Assembly: GCA_041496385.1 (NCBI GenBank)
Contig: JBGQEL010000004.1
Span: forward strand, 32,001 to 96,000
DNA length: 64,000 nucleotides
Direction of reading: 5' to 3'
Source: Candidatus Methylomirabilia bacterium
GTDB lineage: Bacteria; Methylomirabilota; Methylomirabilia; Rokubacteriales; CSP1-6
Shown here: positions 22,219 through 34,428 of the stretch, one piece after another
Layout: every line of letters starts with the position of its first letter
Position numbering within the stretch: position 1 is the first letter of the stretch
Translations under genes and position numbers: made by a program
The notes under the pieces: model-generated
What the model was told of the DNA's origin: nothing
What the model saw: the letters and a program-made list of their open reading frames with translations, nothing else
The model's database searches: none

Positions 22219-23216
22219 CTCGCGCACAGCGCGGCGACCAGCGCCGTGAGCTCCGCCCGCGGCTCCCCGCTCGACTTCAGCCGGCGCTCGACCTCCCAGC
22301 AACGCTCGAGGTCGGCGGCGAGGCGGTCCGCGCCGCCGCCCTTCGCCAGAGCCTCGACGACGGAGGGCGGCACGCGCAGGGCGCGCGCGATCTGCTCGGG
22401 CGCCTCACCGCGCTCGCGCCCGACGCGGACGGTCCAGGCCAGGCGTACGTCGCGCGTGAGCAGCGACAGCACGCGCATCGGCTCCTCGGTGGCGAGGAGC
22501 CGGTCGAGCGTGCGGAGCGCGAGTCCGACGTCGCGCCGCTCCACGGCGCCGACGAGCTCGAAGACGCCGGCCACGCGATGCTCGCCGACGACCGCGCCGA
22601 CCTCCTTCACGCCGACCGTACGGTTGTCGGATCCTCCGGCGAGCGCCGCCTTGCGCGCCTCGCCGAGGAGCGCCCCGGTGTCGTCGCCGACCCAGTCCAC
22701 CAGCATCCGTGCGGCCTCGTCGCTCAGTGCGAGCCCTTCGAGCGCCGCGCGCTGCCGCAGCCACGTCGCGAGCTCGCGCCCCTGCCGGGACGGGAGATCC
22801 ACCACGGCGGAGGCCGGCACGGCGCCCAGCAGCCAGTGGTCGGTGCGGCGCTCGCGCGAGGCCCGCAGCCCCTCGTCCGCGAGGAGCAGGAGGCGCGTGG
22901 TCGGGTTCGGGTCTCGCGCGTAGGCGGCCAGCGTGTCGGCCTGCTTCGCCGCCATCGCCTGGGCGCGCCGCACCACGACGAGGCGCATGCCGGTCATCAG
23001 CGGCAGCGTCGCCGCGGTGTTGACCACGGTCTCGGCGCTCACCTCGCCGCCGTCGAAGACCTCGCGGCCGAGCGCGGCGTGGGCCGGCTCGGGAAACGAG
23101 CGCCGCGTCACGAGCTCGAGCGCGTCGTCGAGCAGCTGGGCGTCGGCGCCGTGAAGCAGGAGGACCGGCGGCAGGTCGCCGTGTTCGGCGAGGCGCAGGA
23201 ATCCCCCATAGTCCAC
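22215..23216 (-). CDS. holA: DNA polymerase III subunit delta
   Basis: N-terminal LLLHG motif, TLPL..RLVVV, VFELVGAV; conserved leuS-lptE-holA order. Confidence 0.88.
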   Translation of the reverse strand: MDYGGFLRLAEHGDLPPVLLLHGADAQLLDDALELVTRRSFPEPAHAALGREVFDGGEVSAETVVNTAATLPLMTGMRLVVVRRAQAMAAKQADTLAAYARDPNPTTRLLLLADEGLRASRERRTDHWLLGAVPASAVVDLPSRQGRELATWLRQRAALEGLALSDEAARMLVDWVGDDTGALLGEARKAALAGGSDNRTVGVKEVGAVVGEHRVAGVFELVGAVERRDVGLALRTLDRLLATEEPMRVLSLLTRDVRLAWTVRVGRERGEAPEQIARALRVPPSVVEALAKGGGADRLAADLERCWEVERRLKSSGEPRAELTALVAALCAR

Positions 23217-23225
23217 CTCTCGGGC

Positions 23226-23725
23226 TCAGAAGCGGTCGACCGCGAGACTCACGATCGACCGGGCGATGTCCACGGCGGCCGCGCGCAGCGCCGACTCCTC
23301 ACGCGAGATGGTCTGGGAGACCGCGCCGATCACGCGGAAATCCGCCCGCTCCTGGAATCGCGGCTGCTCGAACAGCAACGTGTTCTTTCGCACGTCGCGG
23401 AACCGGAGGTTCATGGTGACCACGAGCCGGTACTGGCGGATCGACGCGCGCGGATCGAACGCGAGGGCCTGGATCTCGTAGCCCACCACCTCGCCCTCGA
23501 GCAGGGCGTCGGCCTCCTCCGGCTTCACCACCCGGAGCCGGCCATTCGTCGCGAACGCCTCGACGACCGCCTGGGTCAGGAGGTTCTCGACCGCGGGCTC
23601 GGGCGTGCGGTTGACGAAGACGGGCACGGCGACCGTCCGGACGTGATCGGGAAGGTTGCCGCGAAGCGAGTACCCGCAGCCGGCCAGCGCCGCCGCCGCG
23701 ACCAGGAGCGCCAGCGCGCGGCCCT

Positions 23726-23729
<4 letters not shown>
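23226..23729 (-). CDS. lptE: LPS assembly lipoprotein LptE
   Basis: Lipobox LAGC followed by GYSLRG; lies between leuS and holA; GTG start overlaps the leuS stop. Confidence 0.85.
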
Positions 23730-26212
<2,483 letters not shown>

Positions 26213-26265
26213 ATTTCCATCAGAGTTTTACATACTTAGCTGAGGGGAGCAAGAAACGGCCTCGG

Positions 26266-26356
26266 GATGCTCCCTGCCGGGAGGGGCATCGCCCGCGGGG
26301 ACCGGGTCCGGCGGCGAGTGTCCTGCCGAAGCCGTCGGGCCCAATCCCCGCGGGCG
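26266..26356. repeat. Two adjacent hairpins (long imperfect inverted repeat plus a short one) between a small gene and leuS
   Basis: CGCCCGCGGGGA (26290-26301) pairs perfectly with TCCCCGCGGGCG (26345-26356) and has further inner pairing; GATGC...GCATC hairpin at 26266-26290. Confidence 0.7.
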
Positions 26357-26359
26357 CGT

Positions 26360-26614
26360 CTACTTCTTCACGCCGAGCATCCCGAGGGCCTCGTTGGCCT
26401 CCTTGACGGAGTCCGCGTGCTTGCCTTCCTTGTGAAGCGCCTCCGCACGGTCGAGCTGCGCGACCGCCTTCTTCACCTTCTCGTCCTTCGCGTCCATCTT
26501 CGCCGCCGCGTCCCGGCCCTGCTTGATGAGCGTCGGGCACTGGAACGCCTGCGCGGCGCCGGCGGCGAGCGCCAGCGTCACGATCACCGCGATCGTCGCC
26601 ATGATCTTCTTCAT
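26360..26614 (-). CDS. Small exported helical protein (84 aa), function unknown
   Basis: Strong AAGGAGGT SD, signal peptide MKKIMATIAVIVTLALAAGAAQA, mature part with CP and HKEGKH. Confidence 0.85.
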   Translation of the reverse strand: MKKIMATIAVIVTLALAAGAAQAFQCPTLIKQGRDAAAKMDAKDEKVKKAVAQLDRAEALHKEGKHADSVKEANEALGMLGVKK

Positions 26615-26655
26615 GCGTGACTCACCTCCTTCATGTGTGAGGTTGCCTCTGATTG

Positions 26656-28485
26656 TTAACTGCCGTCGCGTCGGACGGGTTCCGGAGATCCGCTCTCGTG
26701 GAAGTGATCGTAGATCTTCTGCGCCAGCTTCGGCGTCACCTTGGGAACCGCCGCGAGCTCGGCGACCGACGATCCCCGGACGCGGCGGGCCGAGCCGAGC
26801 GCCTTGAGCAGGCTCGTCCGGATCGTGGGACCGATGCCCGGGATCGTGTCGAGCACGGACTGCAGCGTGCGCTTCGAGCGGAGCTTCTTGTGGTAGGTGA
26901 CCGCGAAGCGATGCGCCTCGTCGCGGATCTTCTGGAGCGTGTGGAGGCCCGGCGACGTCGGGTCGAGCAGCAGCGGGTGGAGACTGTCGCCGGCGTAGAC
27001 CTCTTCCTGCCGCTTGGCGAGCGCGATCACCGGAAGGTAGTCGAGACCGAGGTCCTGGAGCACCTTGAGCCCGACGTTGAGCTGGCCCCGGCCGCCATCG
27101 ATGAGCACGAGATCCGGCAGCGGCGCCCCTTGCTCCAGCGCCTTCGCGAACCGCCGCGTCAGGACCTCGGCGAGCGAGGCGAAGTCGTCGGCACCGGGCA
27201 CGCCCCGGATGCGGAAGCGCTTGTAGTCGTCCTTCTTCATGCCCCCGTTCTCCCAGACGACCATCGACCCGACCTGCTCGGTCCCCTGGATGCTCGAGAT
27301 GTCGTATCCCTCGATGCGGTTCGGCAGGCCCGCGAGGTTGAGCACGCGCCGCAGCTCCTCCAGCACCACCTGCTGGCGGTCGTCGCGCGACAGGAGGTGA
27401 TTCTGGAGCGCGAGCGCGGCGTTCTCCTCGGCCATGGCGACGAACTCGCGGCGGCCGCCGCGTTGCGGCGCCACGATCTGCACGCGCCGGCCCGCGAGCC
27501 CGCCGAGCCACTCGCCGATCAGCGCCGCCTCGGGGAGCTCCTCGGAGATCAGAAGCTCGGGGGCCGGCGTGACCGCCTTCCCGTAGAACTGCCGCACGAA
27601 CGCCGAGAGGATCTCGCCGTCGCTCCAGCCGGACACCTTGTCGAAGAAGAACGGCTCCTGCCCGACGAGTCGCCCCTTGCGGACGAAGAAGAGCTCGACG
27701 CAGGCCTCGGCCCCTTGCCGGACGACGCCGATCACGTCCTGGTCGACCTCGTCGGTCGAGATGATCTTCTGGCGCTCGCGCACCTTGTTGAGCGACTGGA
27801 CCTGGTTGCGGAGCACCGCGGCGCGCTCGAACTTCATCTCGTCCGCCGCGGCTTCCATCTCCTTCGTGAGCCGGAGCGCGAGGTCCTCGTCCTTGCCCTC
27901 GAGGAAGCGCATCACCTCGCGTACGGTCTTCGCGTATCCCTCGCGGGTCTCCCAGCCGGTGCACGGCGCGTTGCAGCGGTGGATCGCGTACTGGATGCAC
28001 GGGCGCTCCAGCCGCCCGTCGATCGTGATCGAGCAGGTCCGCAGCGGGAAGAGCTGGCGGGTGAGGCGCAGCGTCTCCCGCATCGCCGTCGCCGGGTAGA
28101 AGGGGCCGTAGTACACCGCGCCGTCGTCCTGGACGCGTCGCGCCACCAGGAGCCGCGGAAACTCCTCGTTCGTCGTGAGCTTGAGAAACGGATAGTGCTT
28201 GTCGTCCCTCAGGATGATGTTGTAACGGGGCCGGTGCTTCCGCACCAGGTTCGCCTCGAGCATCAGCGCCTCGAGCTCGTTGTCGGTCACGATGTACTCG
28301 AGGTCGCGGATCTGGCGGACGAGGGCGTCGGTCTTCGCGTCGCGCGGGCGCGACTCCTGGAAGTAGGAACGCACGCGGCTGCGGAGCGAGGCGGCCTTTC
28401 CGACGTAGAGCACCTGGGCCTTCGCGTCCCGGTAGATGTAGACGCCGGGACGATCGGGCAGCCGCGCGAGCTTCTCGTCCAGCAT
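26656..28485 (-). CDS. uvrC: Excinuclease ABC subunit C
   Basis: GIY-YIG (PGVY..YVGKA), DDKHYP, Cys cluster, IDGGRGQ, RDEAHRFA, HhH. Confidence 0.96.
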   Translation of the reverse strand: MLDEKLARLPDRPGVYIYRDAKAQVLYVGKAASLRSRVRSYFQESRPRDAKTDALVRQIRDLEYIVTDNELEALMLEANLVRKHRPRYNIILRDDKHYPFLKLTTNEEFPRLLVARRVQDDGAVYYGPFYPATAMRETLRLTRQLFPLRTCSITIDGRLERPCIQYAIHRCNAPCTGWETREGYAKTVREVMRFLEGKDEDLALRLTKEMEAAADEMKFERAAVLRNQVQSLNKVRERQKIISTDEVDQDVIGVVRQGAEACVELFFVRKGRLVGQEPFFFDKVSGWSDGEILSAFVRQFYGKAVTPAPELLISEELPEAALIGEWLGGLAGRRVQIVAPQRGGRREFVAMAEENAALALQNHLLSRDDRQQVVLEELRRVLNLAGLPNRIEGYDISSIQGTEQVGSMVVWENGGMKKDDYKRFRIRGVPGADDFASLAEVLTRRFAKALEQGAPLPDLVLIDGGRGQLNVGLKVLQDLGLDYLPVIALAKRQEEVYAGDSLHPLLLDPTSPGLHTLQKIRDEAHRFAVTYHKKLRSKRTLQSVLDTIPGIGPTIRTSLLKALGSARRVRGSSVAELAAVPKVTPKLAQKIYDHFHESGSPEPVRRDGS

Positions 28486-30467
28486 CAGCGGAGCTCGAGG
28501 CGGCGAAGCGCCTTGATCCGGTCCCGGAGGTCGGCGGCCTGCTCGAAGTCCAGGCGGCGCGCCGCCTCCTTCATCTGGGCCTCCAGCTCGACGAGCCGCT
28601 TCTGCAACGCCGCGGGCGAGTCGAACGTCTCGGGCGCGGCGGTCTCCACGTCGACGGTGTAGTAGTCGCGCTCGTAGACCGTCTGCAAGAGCTCGCGGAT
28701 GGAGGAGCGGATCGTCTCGGGCGTGATCCCGTGCTCGCGGTTGTAGGCCGCCTGGAGCTCCCGGCGGCGCTCGGTCTCACGGATGGTCGCGGCCATCGAC
28801 CCGGTCACGCGGTCGGCGTACATGATGACCTCGCCGTTCACGTTGCGCGCCGCGCGCCCGGCCGTCTGGATCAGCGAGGTCGCCGAGCGGAGGTAGCCCT
28901 CCTTGTCGGCGTCGAGGATCGCCACGAGGGAGACCTCCGGGAGATCGAGGCCCTCGCGCAGGAGGTTGATGCCGATCAGGCCGTCGAACTTCCCGAGCCG
29001 GAGGTCGCGGATGATCGCGACCCGGTCCAGTGTGTCGATGTCCGAGTGCAGGTAGCGCACCCTGAGCCCGACCTGCTGGTAGTACTCGGTCAGGTCCTCC
29101 GCCATGCGCTTGGTCAGCGTCGTCACGAGCACCCGCTCGGCGCGCTCGGCGCGCGCCCGGATCTCCGCCAGCAGGTCGTCCACCTGGTCCTTCGCGGCCC
29201 GCACGGTGATCTTCGGATCCATGAGGCCGGTGGGCCGGATCACCTGCTCGGCGACGGCGTCGCCGGCCAGCTCGAGCTCGTACGGCCCGGGCGTCGCCGA
29301 GACGTAGATCGTCTGGCCCGTGACGCGGGTGAACTCGTCGAAGGTCAGCGGCCGGTTGTCGAAGGCCGACGGAAGCCGGAAGCCGTACTCGACCAGCGCC
29401 TCCTTGCGCGACCGGTCTCCGTAGTACATGCCGCGGATCTGCGGCACCGCGACGTGGCTCTCGTCGATGATCACGAGCGCGTCCTTCGGCAGGTACTCGA
29501 TGAGCGTCGGCGGCGGCTCGCCCGGGCGCCGTCCCGTCAGGTGGCGGGAATAGTTCTCGATCCCGTGACAGTAGCCCAGCTCGCGCAGCATCTCCATGTC
29601 GAAGAGCGTCCGCTGCTCGAGCCGCTGGGCCTCCAGAAGCTTGTTCCGCGGCCGGAGGAACGCCAGCCGCTCCCCCAGCTCCTCCTGCACCGTCCCGAGC
29701 GCGCGCTCGAGCTGGCCGGCTTCGGTCACGTAGTGGCTGGCCGGGTAGACGTGGGCGTGATCGAGGCGCTCGAGGACCGACCCCTTCAACGGATCGATCC
29801 GGTGGAGGGCGTCCACCTCGTCGCCGAAGAGCTCGACGCGCAGGGCGCGCGAATCCTCGTTCGCCGGAAAGATCTCCACGACGTCGCCGCGCACGCGGAA
29901 CGTGCCGCGGTGGAAGTCGTAGTCGTTCCGCTCGTACTGGACGGCGATCAGCCGGCGGATGATCTCGTCCCGGTCGATCCGCTCCCCCGCCCGGAGCTCC
30001 AGGTGCAGGCCCTGATAGGTGTCGGGCTCGCCGATGCCGTAGATGCAGGACACCGAGGCGACGACCACCACGTCGCGCCGCTCCAGGAGCGACTTGGTCG
30101 CCGAGTGGCGCATCCGGTCGATCTCGTCGTTGACGAGCGCGTCCTTCTCGATGTAGGTGTCGGACTGCGGAATGTACGCTTCCGGCTGGTAGTAGTCGTA
30201 GTAGGACACGAAGTATTCGACCGCGTTGTCCGGGAAGAACGCCTTGAACTCGCCGAAGAGCTGCGCCGCCAGCGTCTTGTTCGGCGAAATGACGAGCGTC
30301 GGGCGGTCCACGTTCGCGATCACGTTGGCGATCGTGTACGTCTTGCCCGAGCCGGTGACGCCCCGCAGAACGACGTGACGCCGCCCCTCCGCGACGACAC
30401 GGGAGAGCGCGTCGATGGCCTGGGGCTGGTCGCCGCTCGGCGAGTAGTCGGAGGCGAGCCGGAACAC
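28485..30467 (-). CDS. uvrB: Excinuclease ABC subunit B
   Basis: [30 protein letters not shown]-terminal UVR domain; GTG start at 30467 inferred. Confidence 0.96.
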   Translation of the reverse strand: MFRLASDYSPSGDQPQAIDALSRVVAEGRRHVVLRGVTGSGKTYTIANVIANVDRPTLVISPNKTLAAQLFGEFKAFFPDNAVEYFVSYYDYYQPEAYIPQSDTYIEKDALVNDEIDRMRHSATKSLLERRDVVVVASVSCIYGIGEPDTYQGLHLELRAGERIDRDEIIRRLIAVQYERNDYDFHRGTFRVRGDVVEIFPANEDSRALRVELFGDEVDALHRIDPLKGSVLERLDHAHVYPASHYVTEAGQLERALGTVQEELGERLAFLRPRNKLLEAQRLEQRTLFDMEMLRELGYCHGIENYSRHLTGRRPGEPPPTLIEYLPKDALVIIDESHVAVPQIRGMYYGDRSRKEALVEYGFRLPSAFDNRPLTFDEFTRVTGQTIYVSATPGPYELELAGDAVAEQVIRPTGLMDPKITVRAAKDQVDDLLAEIRARAERAERVLVTTLTKRMAEDLTEYYQQVGLRVRYLHSDIDTLDRVAIIRDLRLGKFDGLIGINLLREGLDLPEVSLVAILDADKEGYLRSATSLIQTAGRAARNVNGEVIMYADRVTGSMAATIRETERRRELQAAYNREHGITPETIRSSIRELLQTVYERDYYTVDVETAAPETFDSPAALQKRLVELEAQMKEAARRLDFEQAADLRDRIKALRRLELR

Positions 30468-30481
30468 GGCCCTCGGCGGCG

Positions 30482-31012
30482 TCAGGAGAGCGTGGGGACG
30501 GCGATCAGGTACTTCCGCCACGAATCGAGGAGTGAGCTGGCGTGCGGGTGCCGGAGCATGTGCGTCGAGAAGACGAACTTCGGGTGCACGGGCTCGCGGA
30601 TCAGCCGCATCGCCGCCTCGTCGGGCAGGCGGTTCCCCTTCTTGAGGTTGCAGCGCAGACACGCAGCCACGACGTTGATCCACGTGGTCTCACCACCGCG
30701 CGAGCGCGGCACGATATGGTCCACCGTCAGGCGCTCGCCGCGACGGTTGCAGTACTGGCACGCGTAGCCGTCGCGCCGCAGGATGTTCTTCTTGTTGAAC
30801 GCGACGCGGTCGAGGAAGGGCTTCCGGATGTACATGGCAAGGCGGATCACGGCGGGCAGCGGGAACGCCACGGATGGTGACCTCACCACCCGTGGCGAGG
30901 CTTCGACCGATTCGGCTTTGCCGCTCATCAGGAGCGTGATCGCGCGGCGGGCGTTCGTGAAGTGCAACGGCTCGAAGGTGAAGTTGAGGACCAGGACGGC
31001 CACCTCGTCCAT
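30482..31012 (-). CDS. HNH endonuclease (McrA-like)
   Basis: [43 protein letters not shown]. Confidence 0.92.
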   Translation of the reverse strand: MDEVAVLVLNFTFEPLHFTNARRAITLLMSGKAESVEASPRVVRSPSVAFPLPAVIRLAMYIRKPFLDRVAFNKKNILRRDGYACQYCNRRGERLTVDHIVPRSRGGETTWINVVAACLRCNLKKGNRLPDEAAMRLIREPVHPKFVFSTHMLRHPHASSLLDSWRKYLIAVPTLS

Positions 31013-31023
31013 ATTGACGTTTA

Positions 31024-31052
31024 AGCATAGACGCCGCCCTCGGGAGAGTCAA
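31024..31052 (-). promoter_or_regulatory. Putative sigma-70-type promoter of HNH-uvrB-uvrC
   Basis: TTGACT-N17-TATGCT, 11 nt before the ATG, no SD. Confidence 0.6.
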
Positions 31053-31978
31053 ATCCCGGCGTCCGCGGCCGCGGCCAGGATCCCTTCCCGAAGCCCGTAG
31101 TCGCTCACGACCACCTCGTCGGCGCCGACCTCGTCGAGCGTCGCCAGCACGATCGCGACGCCCGGAACGATGAGGTCGGCACGGCCGGGCTCGAGGCACG
31201 GCAGGGCCGCGCGTCCCGCCAGGTCGAGCGCGCCGAGCCGGCCGAGCTGGCGCTCGATCGCCGCGCGTCCGAGCCGGTGGCCCTGGACGCGCCGCGCGTC
31301 GTACCGCGCCAGACGGAGATCGAGCGCGGCGAGCGTCGTCACGGTGCCCGCGGTGCCGACGAGGCAGGCCGGCCGGGAGCCGCGGATGGCGGCGGGCAGC
31401 TCGCGGCGGAGCCGGCTCCGCACCTCGTCGAGGAGCGCGGCCCACCCCTCGGGATCCACACGCTCCGCGAACGGGAAGCGTTCCGCGAGCGGCACGACCC
31501 CCAGCCGCAGACTGACCGCGGAGCGGATCTGCCGGCCCTCGGCCAGGACGTACTCGGTGCTGCCGCCGCCGATGTCGAACACGCCGAGGGTGCCGGCGAG
31601 CGGCCCGAGGCCCGCCTCCACGCCGCGCAGCATGAGCCGCGCCTCGTCCTCGCCGCCGACCACCTGGACCGCGTGTCCCGTGGCCCGCTCGATCGCCGCC
31701 GCGAACGCCCCGCCGTTGCCGGCCTCGCGCACGGCGCTCGTCGCGACGATCCTCACGTGTCGCGCGCCGAGCTCCGTCCCGCGGCGCGCGTACCCGGTGA
31801 CCGCCGCGAGCGTGCGCCGCATCGGTGTCTCGCCGAGCATGCCCGCCGTCGTGAGTCCCTCGCCGAGACGCGTCACGGTCTGGTCCTGCTCCACCACGCG
31901 CCAGGCGCCGGGCGCCTCGACGTCCGCCACGAGCAGGCGAACCGTGTTCGTCCCCACATCAATGGTGGCGACGCGCAT
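31049..31978 (-). CDS. ppx: Ppx/GppA family phosphatase (short form)
   Basis: IDVGTNTVRL, ATSAVREA, DIGGGSTE, GLREG. Confidence 0.92.
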   Translation of the reverse strand: MRVATIDVGTNTVRLLVADVEAPGAWRVVEQDQTVTRLGEGLTTAGMLGETPMRRTLAAVTGYARRGTELGARHVRIVATSAVREAGNGGAFAAAIERATGHAVQVVGGEDEARLMLRGVEAGLGPLAGTLGVFDIGGGSTEYVLAEGRQIRSAVSLRLGVVPLAERFPFAERVDPEGWAALLDEVRSRLRRELPAAIRGSRPACLVGTAGTVTTLAALDLRLARYDARRVQGHRLGRAAIERQLGRLGALDLAGRAALPCLEPGRADLIVPGVAIVLATLDEVGADEVVVSDYGLREGILAAAADAGI

Positions 31979-31993
31979 GCCTCACGACGCACG

Positions 31994-32024
31994 CACGCCC
32001 CGCCGGAGGGTCCGGCGGGGCGTG
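31994..32024. terminator. Perfect 14-bp hairpin downstream of the cytochrome c gene
   Basis: CACGCCCCGCCGGA-GGG-TCCGGCGGGGCGTG; no clear U-tract. Confidence 0.55.
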
Positions 32025-32047
32025 TGTGATGAAGCGGACGCCGACGT

Positions 32048-32446
32048 CTACTTGCCCTTCAGCGTTCGGATGTAGTTGACGAGCTCCCAGCGCTCCTTGT
32101 CGGGCAGGTGCTTCCAGGGCGGCATCGCCCCGCGCCCGTTGGAGATCTTCCAGAAGATCTCGCCGTCGGTCTGCTTCTGCACCGCGTCCGAGGTCCAGTT
32201 CGCCGGCTTGGGCGGCGGAAGCGCGGCGGCGGCCGGCCCGTCACCCTTGCCCATCGGGCCATGGCAGGACGCGCAGTTCGTCTCGGCCGACTTCTTCGCG
32301 CCGCCGACACCCTGCACCGTGTTCTTCGTTGCCTTCGCATCCGCCGGCGCGACCCACGGGCCCTGGGCGGAGGCCACCGCGATGCCCCCGACGACGAAGG
32401 CAAGGCCCGCGATGGTGGCTGTCACCGACTTCCCGAACGCGCTCAT
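32048..32446 (-). CDS. Monoheme c-type cytochrome
   Basis: Signal peptide, CASCH heme motif, G.G.G.AA, distal Met in GAMPPW; GAGGAGG SD. Confidence 0.92.
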   Translation of the reverse strand: MSAFGKSVTATIAGLAFVVGGIAVASAQGPWVAPADAKATKNTVQGVGGAKKSAETNCASCHGPMGKGDGPAAAALPPPKPANWTSDAVQKQTDGEIFWKISNGRGAMPPWKHLPDKERWELVNYIRTLKGK

Positions 32447-32469
32447 GGCGCCTCCTCTTGGACGACTGG

Positions 32470-32487
32470 TCGTGACACTGTTCACAA
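32470..32487. promoter_or_regulatory. Rex-like (or CRP-like) operator just downstream of a TTGACC-N18-TTAAAT promoter
   Basis: Minus strand TTGTGAACAGTGTCACGA versus Rex consensus TTGTGAA-N4-TTCACAA (2 mismatches). Confidence 0.6.
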
Positions 32488-32520
32488 CGTGATCATTTAA
32501 CACTCGTGTGACGAAGCGGG

Positions 32521-34083
32521 TCAAGCCCGTATTCGGTCCGCCCTGTCGCGCCGCGCTGCGGCCAGCCAGCAGATCGCGGCGACGGCGCCGTAGGCTCCGG
32601 CCAGGCGCGCCGGTATCGCCGACGGCGCCGCCCAGGGCCAGAAGAGCGCGCCGCTCGCGAGCGGCGAGTGGATGGCGCCGACGAGGGTCGCCAGGCTCGC
32701 GAACGCGAACAGCGCGCCGCTGACGCCGAGGCGCCGTTCGATGATGCCGACGAGCGCCCAGGCCCAGAGCACCGCCGTCAGGATGAAGCCGTTCCCGAGC
32801 ACCCGCAGCGCCTCGTGGGCCCGAGCCGCCTCCCCCGTCAGCGACGCGGGTGACAGTCCGAGGGCCGACAGGAGGCCAGCCGTTTCGATCAGGACGACAG
32901 CCGCGGCCACGGGAACGAAGGCGAGCGCCACCGCGGCCCCGTGGCGCGCCGGCGACGCGAGAAACCCCTGAGCCGTGATCTCGAGACCGATGTAGACGAG
33001 AATCGGCGCGATCGCCGCCTCCGGAAGAACGGACACGAGCACGGAGAGCGCGCCGCCGGCGGCGGCGGCGGCGATCACGAGGCCCGTCGCCAGGGTGTAG
33101 CCCGCGCGCGCGCCCATCGCCTTGTACGCCGGGTGGCCGATGTAGGGCGTGTTCTGGATGACGCCACCCGCCAGGCCCGCGAGCACGGTCGCCCCCGCCT
33201 CGGTCAGGAGAATGTCGCGCGTGCGGTACTCGTCCCCCGCCGCGGCCGCGCTCTCCGTGTTGTCGATACCGCCGATGATGGTCACCAGCGCGAACGGCAG
33301 TGCGACCGAGAGGTAGGGCAGCGTCGCCGGGAGCGCATCGAGCCACGCCAGCGTCGGCCACGGCACCGCGAGACGGAGCGTGCCGACGGCGAGCGGCGCC
33401 TCGGGCCCCGTCCCGAGCCAGGCGCGGAGCCAGAAGAGCGCCGTCCCCGCGACCACCGCGGCGAACGCGCCGGGGAGACCGAACGGCATCCTCACCCGTC
33501 CAACGAGCGCCAGCAGCAGGACGGCCAGCGCGACGAGCCCGACGAGCGGATCGCGGAGAATCTTCAGCATGGGCAGAAACGCGATCAGGAGGATCGCGAC
33601 GCCCGCGATTGAGCCCAGCAGCGCCGCACGCGGCACGACCCGCCGGGCCCAGTCACCGCCGAAGGCGAGGCCGACCTTGGCGAGGCCGATGGCGACGGTC
33701 GTCGCCATGCCGACCTTCCAGGCGAGCACCGGGTCGCCCGTGGCGACCATGACCGGTCCGAGCACACCGAAGACCATCGCGAACAGCGTGGGTGTGTCGA
33801 TGCCGAACGGCATCGCCGTGACGTCCTCGCGGCCCGTCCGGCGCATGAGGCGCACCGCGAGCCAGGTGTAGACGAGGTCTCCAACGAGGACGCCCAGCGC
33901 CGTGCCGGGAACCATCCGGTGCAGGACGAGATCGGACGGAAACTTGAAGACGCCGATCAGGAGGCTCGCCAGAATGACGAGCTGCGTGACGTTGTCGAGC
34001 GCCAGGCCCAGAAACCCGCTGAGGTCTCCGGGCCGGATCCACCTCGGGAACCGGCTAGCGCGCCCGGGCGTCGGCCGTTCCAC
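32521..34083 (-). CDS. Polytopic membrane permease (NCS2/AzgA-like)
   Basis: Many TM segments; GD..GFLGLALDN, TAMPFGIDTP, ESAAAAGDEY and YIGHPAYK.MGARAGY motifs; start uncertain. Confidence 0.75.
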   Translation of the reverse strand: MERPTPGRASRFPRWIRPGDLSGFLGLALDNVTQLVILASLLIGVFKFPSDLVLHRMVPGTALGVLVGDLVYTWLAVRLMRRTGREDVTAMPFGIDTPTLFAMVFGVLGPVMVATGDPVLAWKVGMATTVAIGLAKVGLAFGGDWARRVVPRAALLGSIAGVAILLIAFLPMLKILRDPLVGLVALAVLLLALVGRVRMPFGLPGAFAAVVAGTALFWLRAWLGTGPEAPLAVGTLRLAVPWPTLAWLDALPATLPYLSVALPFALVTIIGGIDNTESAAAAGDEYRTRDILLTEAGATVLAGLAGGVIQNTPYIGHPAYKAMGARAGYTLATGLVIAAAAAGGALSVLVSVLPEAAIAPILVYIGLEITAQGFLASPARHGAAVALAFVPVAAAVVLIETAGLLSALGLSPASLTGEAARAHEALRVLGNGFILTAVLWAWALVGIIERRLGVSGALFAFASLATLVGAIHSPLASGALFWPWAAPSAIPARLAGAYGAVAAICWLAAARRDRADRIRA

Positions 34084-34360
34084 GCTCCGCCAGGAGGTCG
34101 CGCGCGAGGGCTTTGGTTCGCTCCGCGAGCTCGGCGCACCAGGCGAGGCTCCCGCGCTGCGCGGCCACCTCACGAAAATCGAACCCCAGCGGCGGGCTCA
34201 CGCGCGTGCCGACCCGGAGCCGCGCGTCGTAGGACCGGCCTTCGCGCTCATCGCCGGCGGCCACCTCGACCTCGACGCGCGGGCTCACACGCTTGGCGTG
34301 CGAGGTGAGGAAGTTCCAGAGCCAGCGGCCGACCTCGTCGTATGAGCCACCCGAAAACAT
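34055..34360 (-). CDS. Hypothetical protein (101 aa)
   Basis: Fills the gap after nrdJ, protein-like composition, extended -10 TGcTACAAT 6 nt before the ATG. Confidence 0.7.
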   Translation of the reverse strand: MFSGGSYDEVGRWLWNFLTSHAKRVSPRVEVEVAAGDEREGRSYDARLRVGTRVSPPLGFDFREVAAQRGSLAWCAELAERTKALARDLLAERGTADARAR

Positions 34361-34428
34361 GGCGGCATTGTAGCAAAGCCCCTCGCGACGACATGCCGCC
34401 GGCCGCCGAGACTACGCCGACCGCTCCC

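Noticed and set aside
26290..26356. Long hairpin considered as SRP (4.5S) RNA or T-box leader of leuS
   Set aside because: No CAGG-x-GGAA-x-AGCAG domain IV motif and no T-box consensus; a promoter-like element lies between it and leuS
30482..31012. HNH gene as a homing endonuclease or defence system
   Set aside because: No intron/intein context, no methylase or other defence genes; typical stand-alone family with host-like composition
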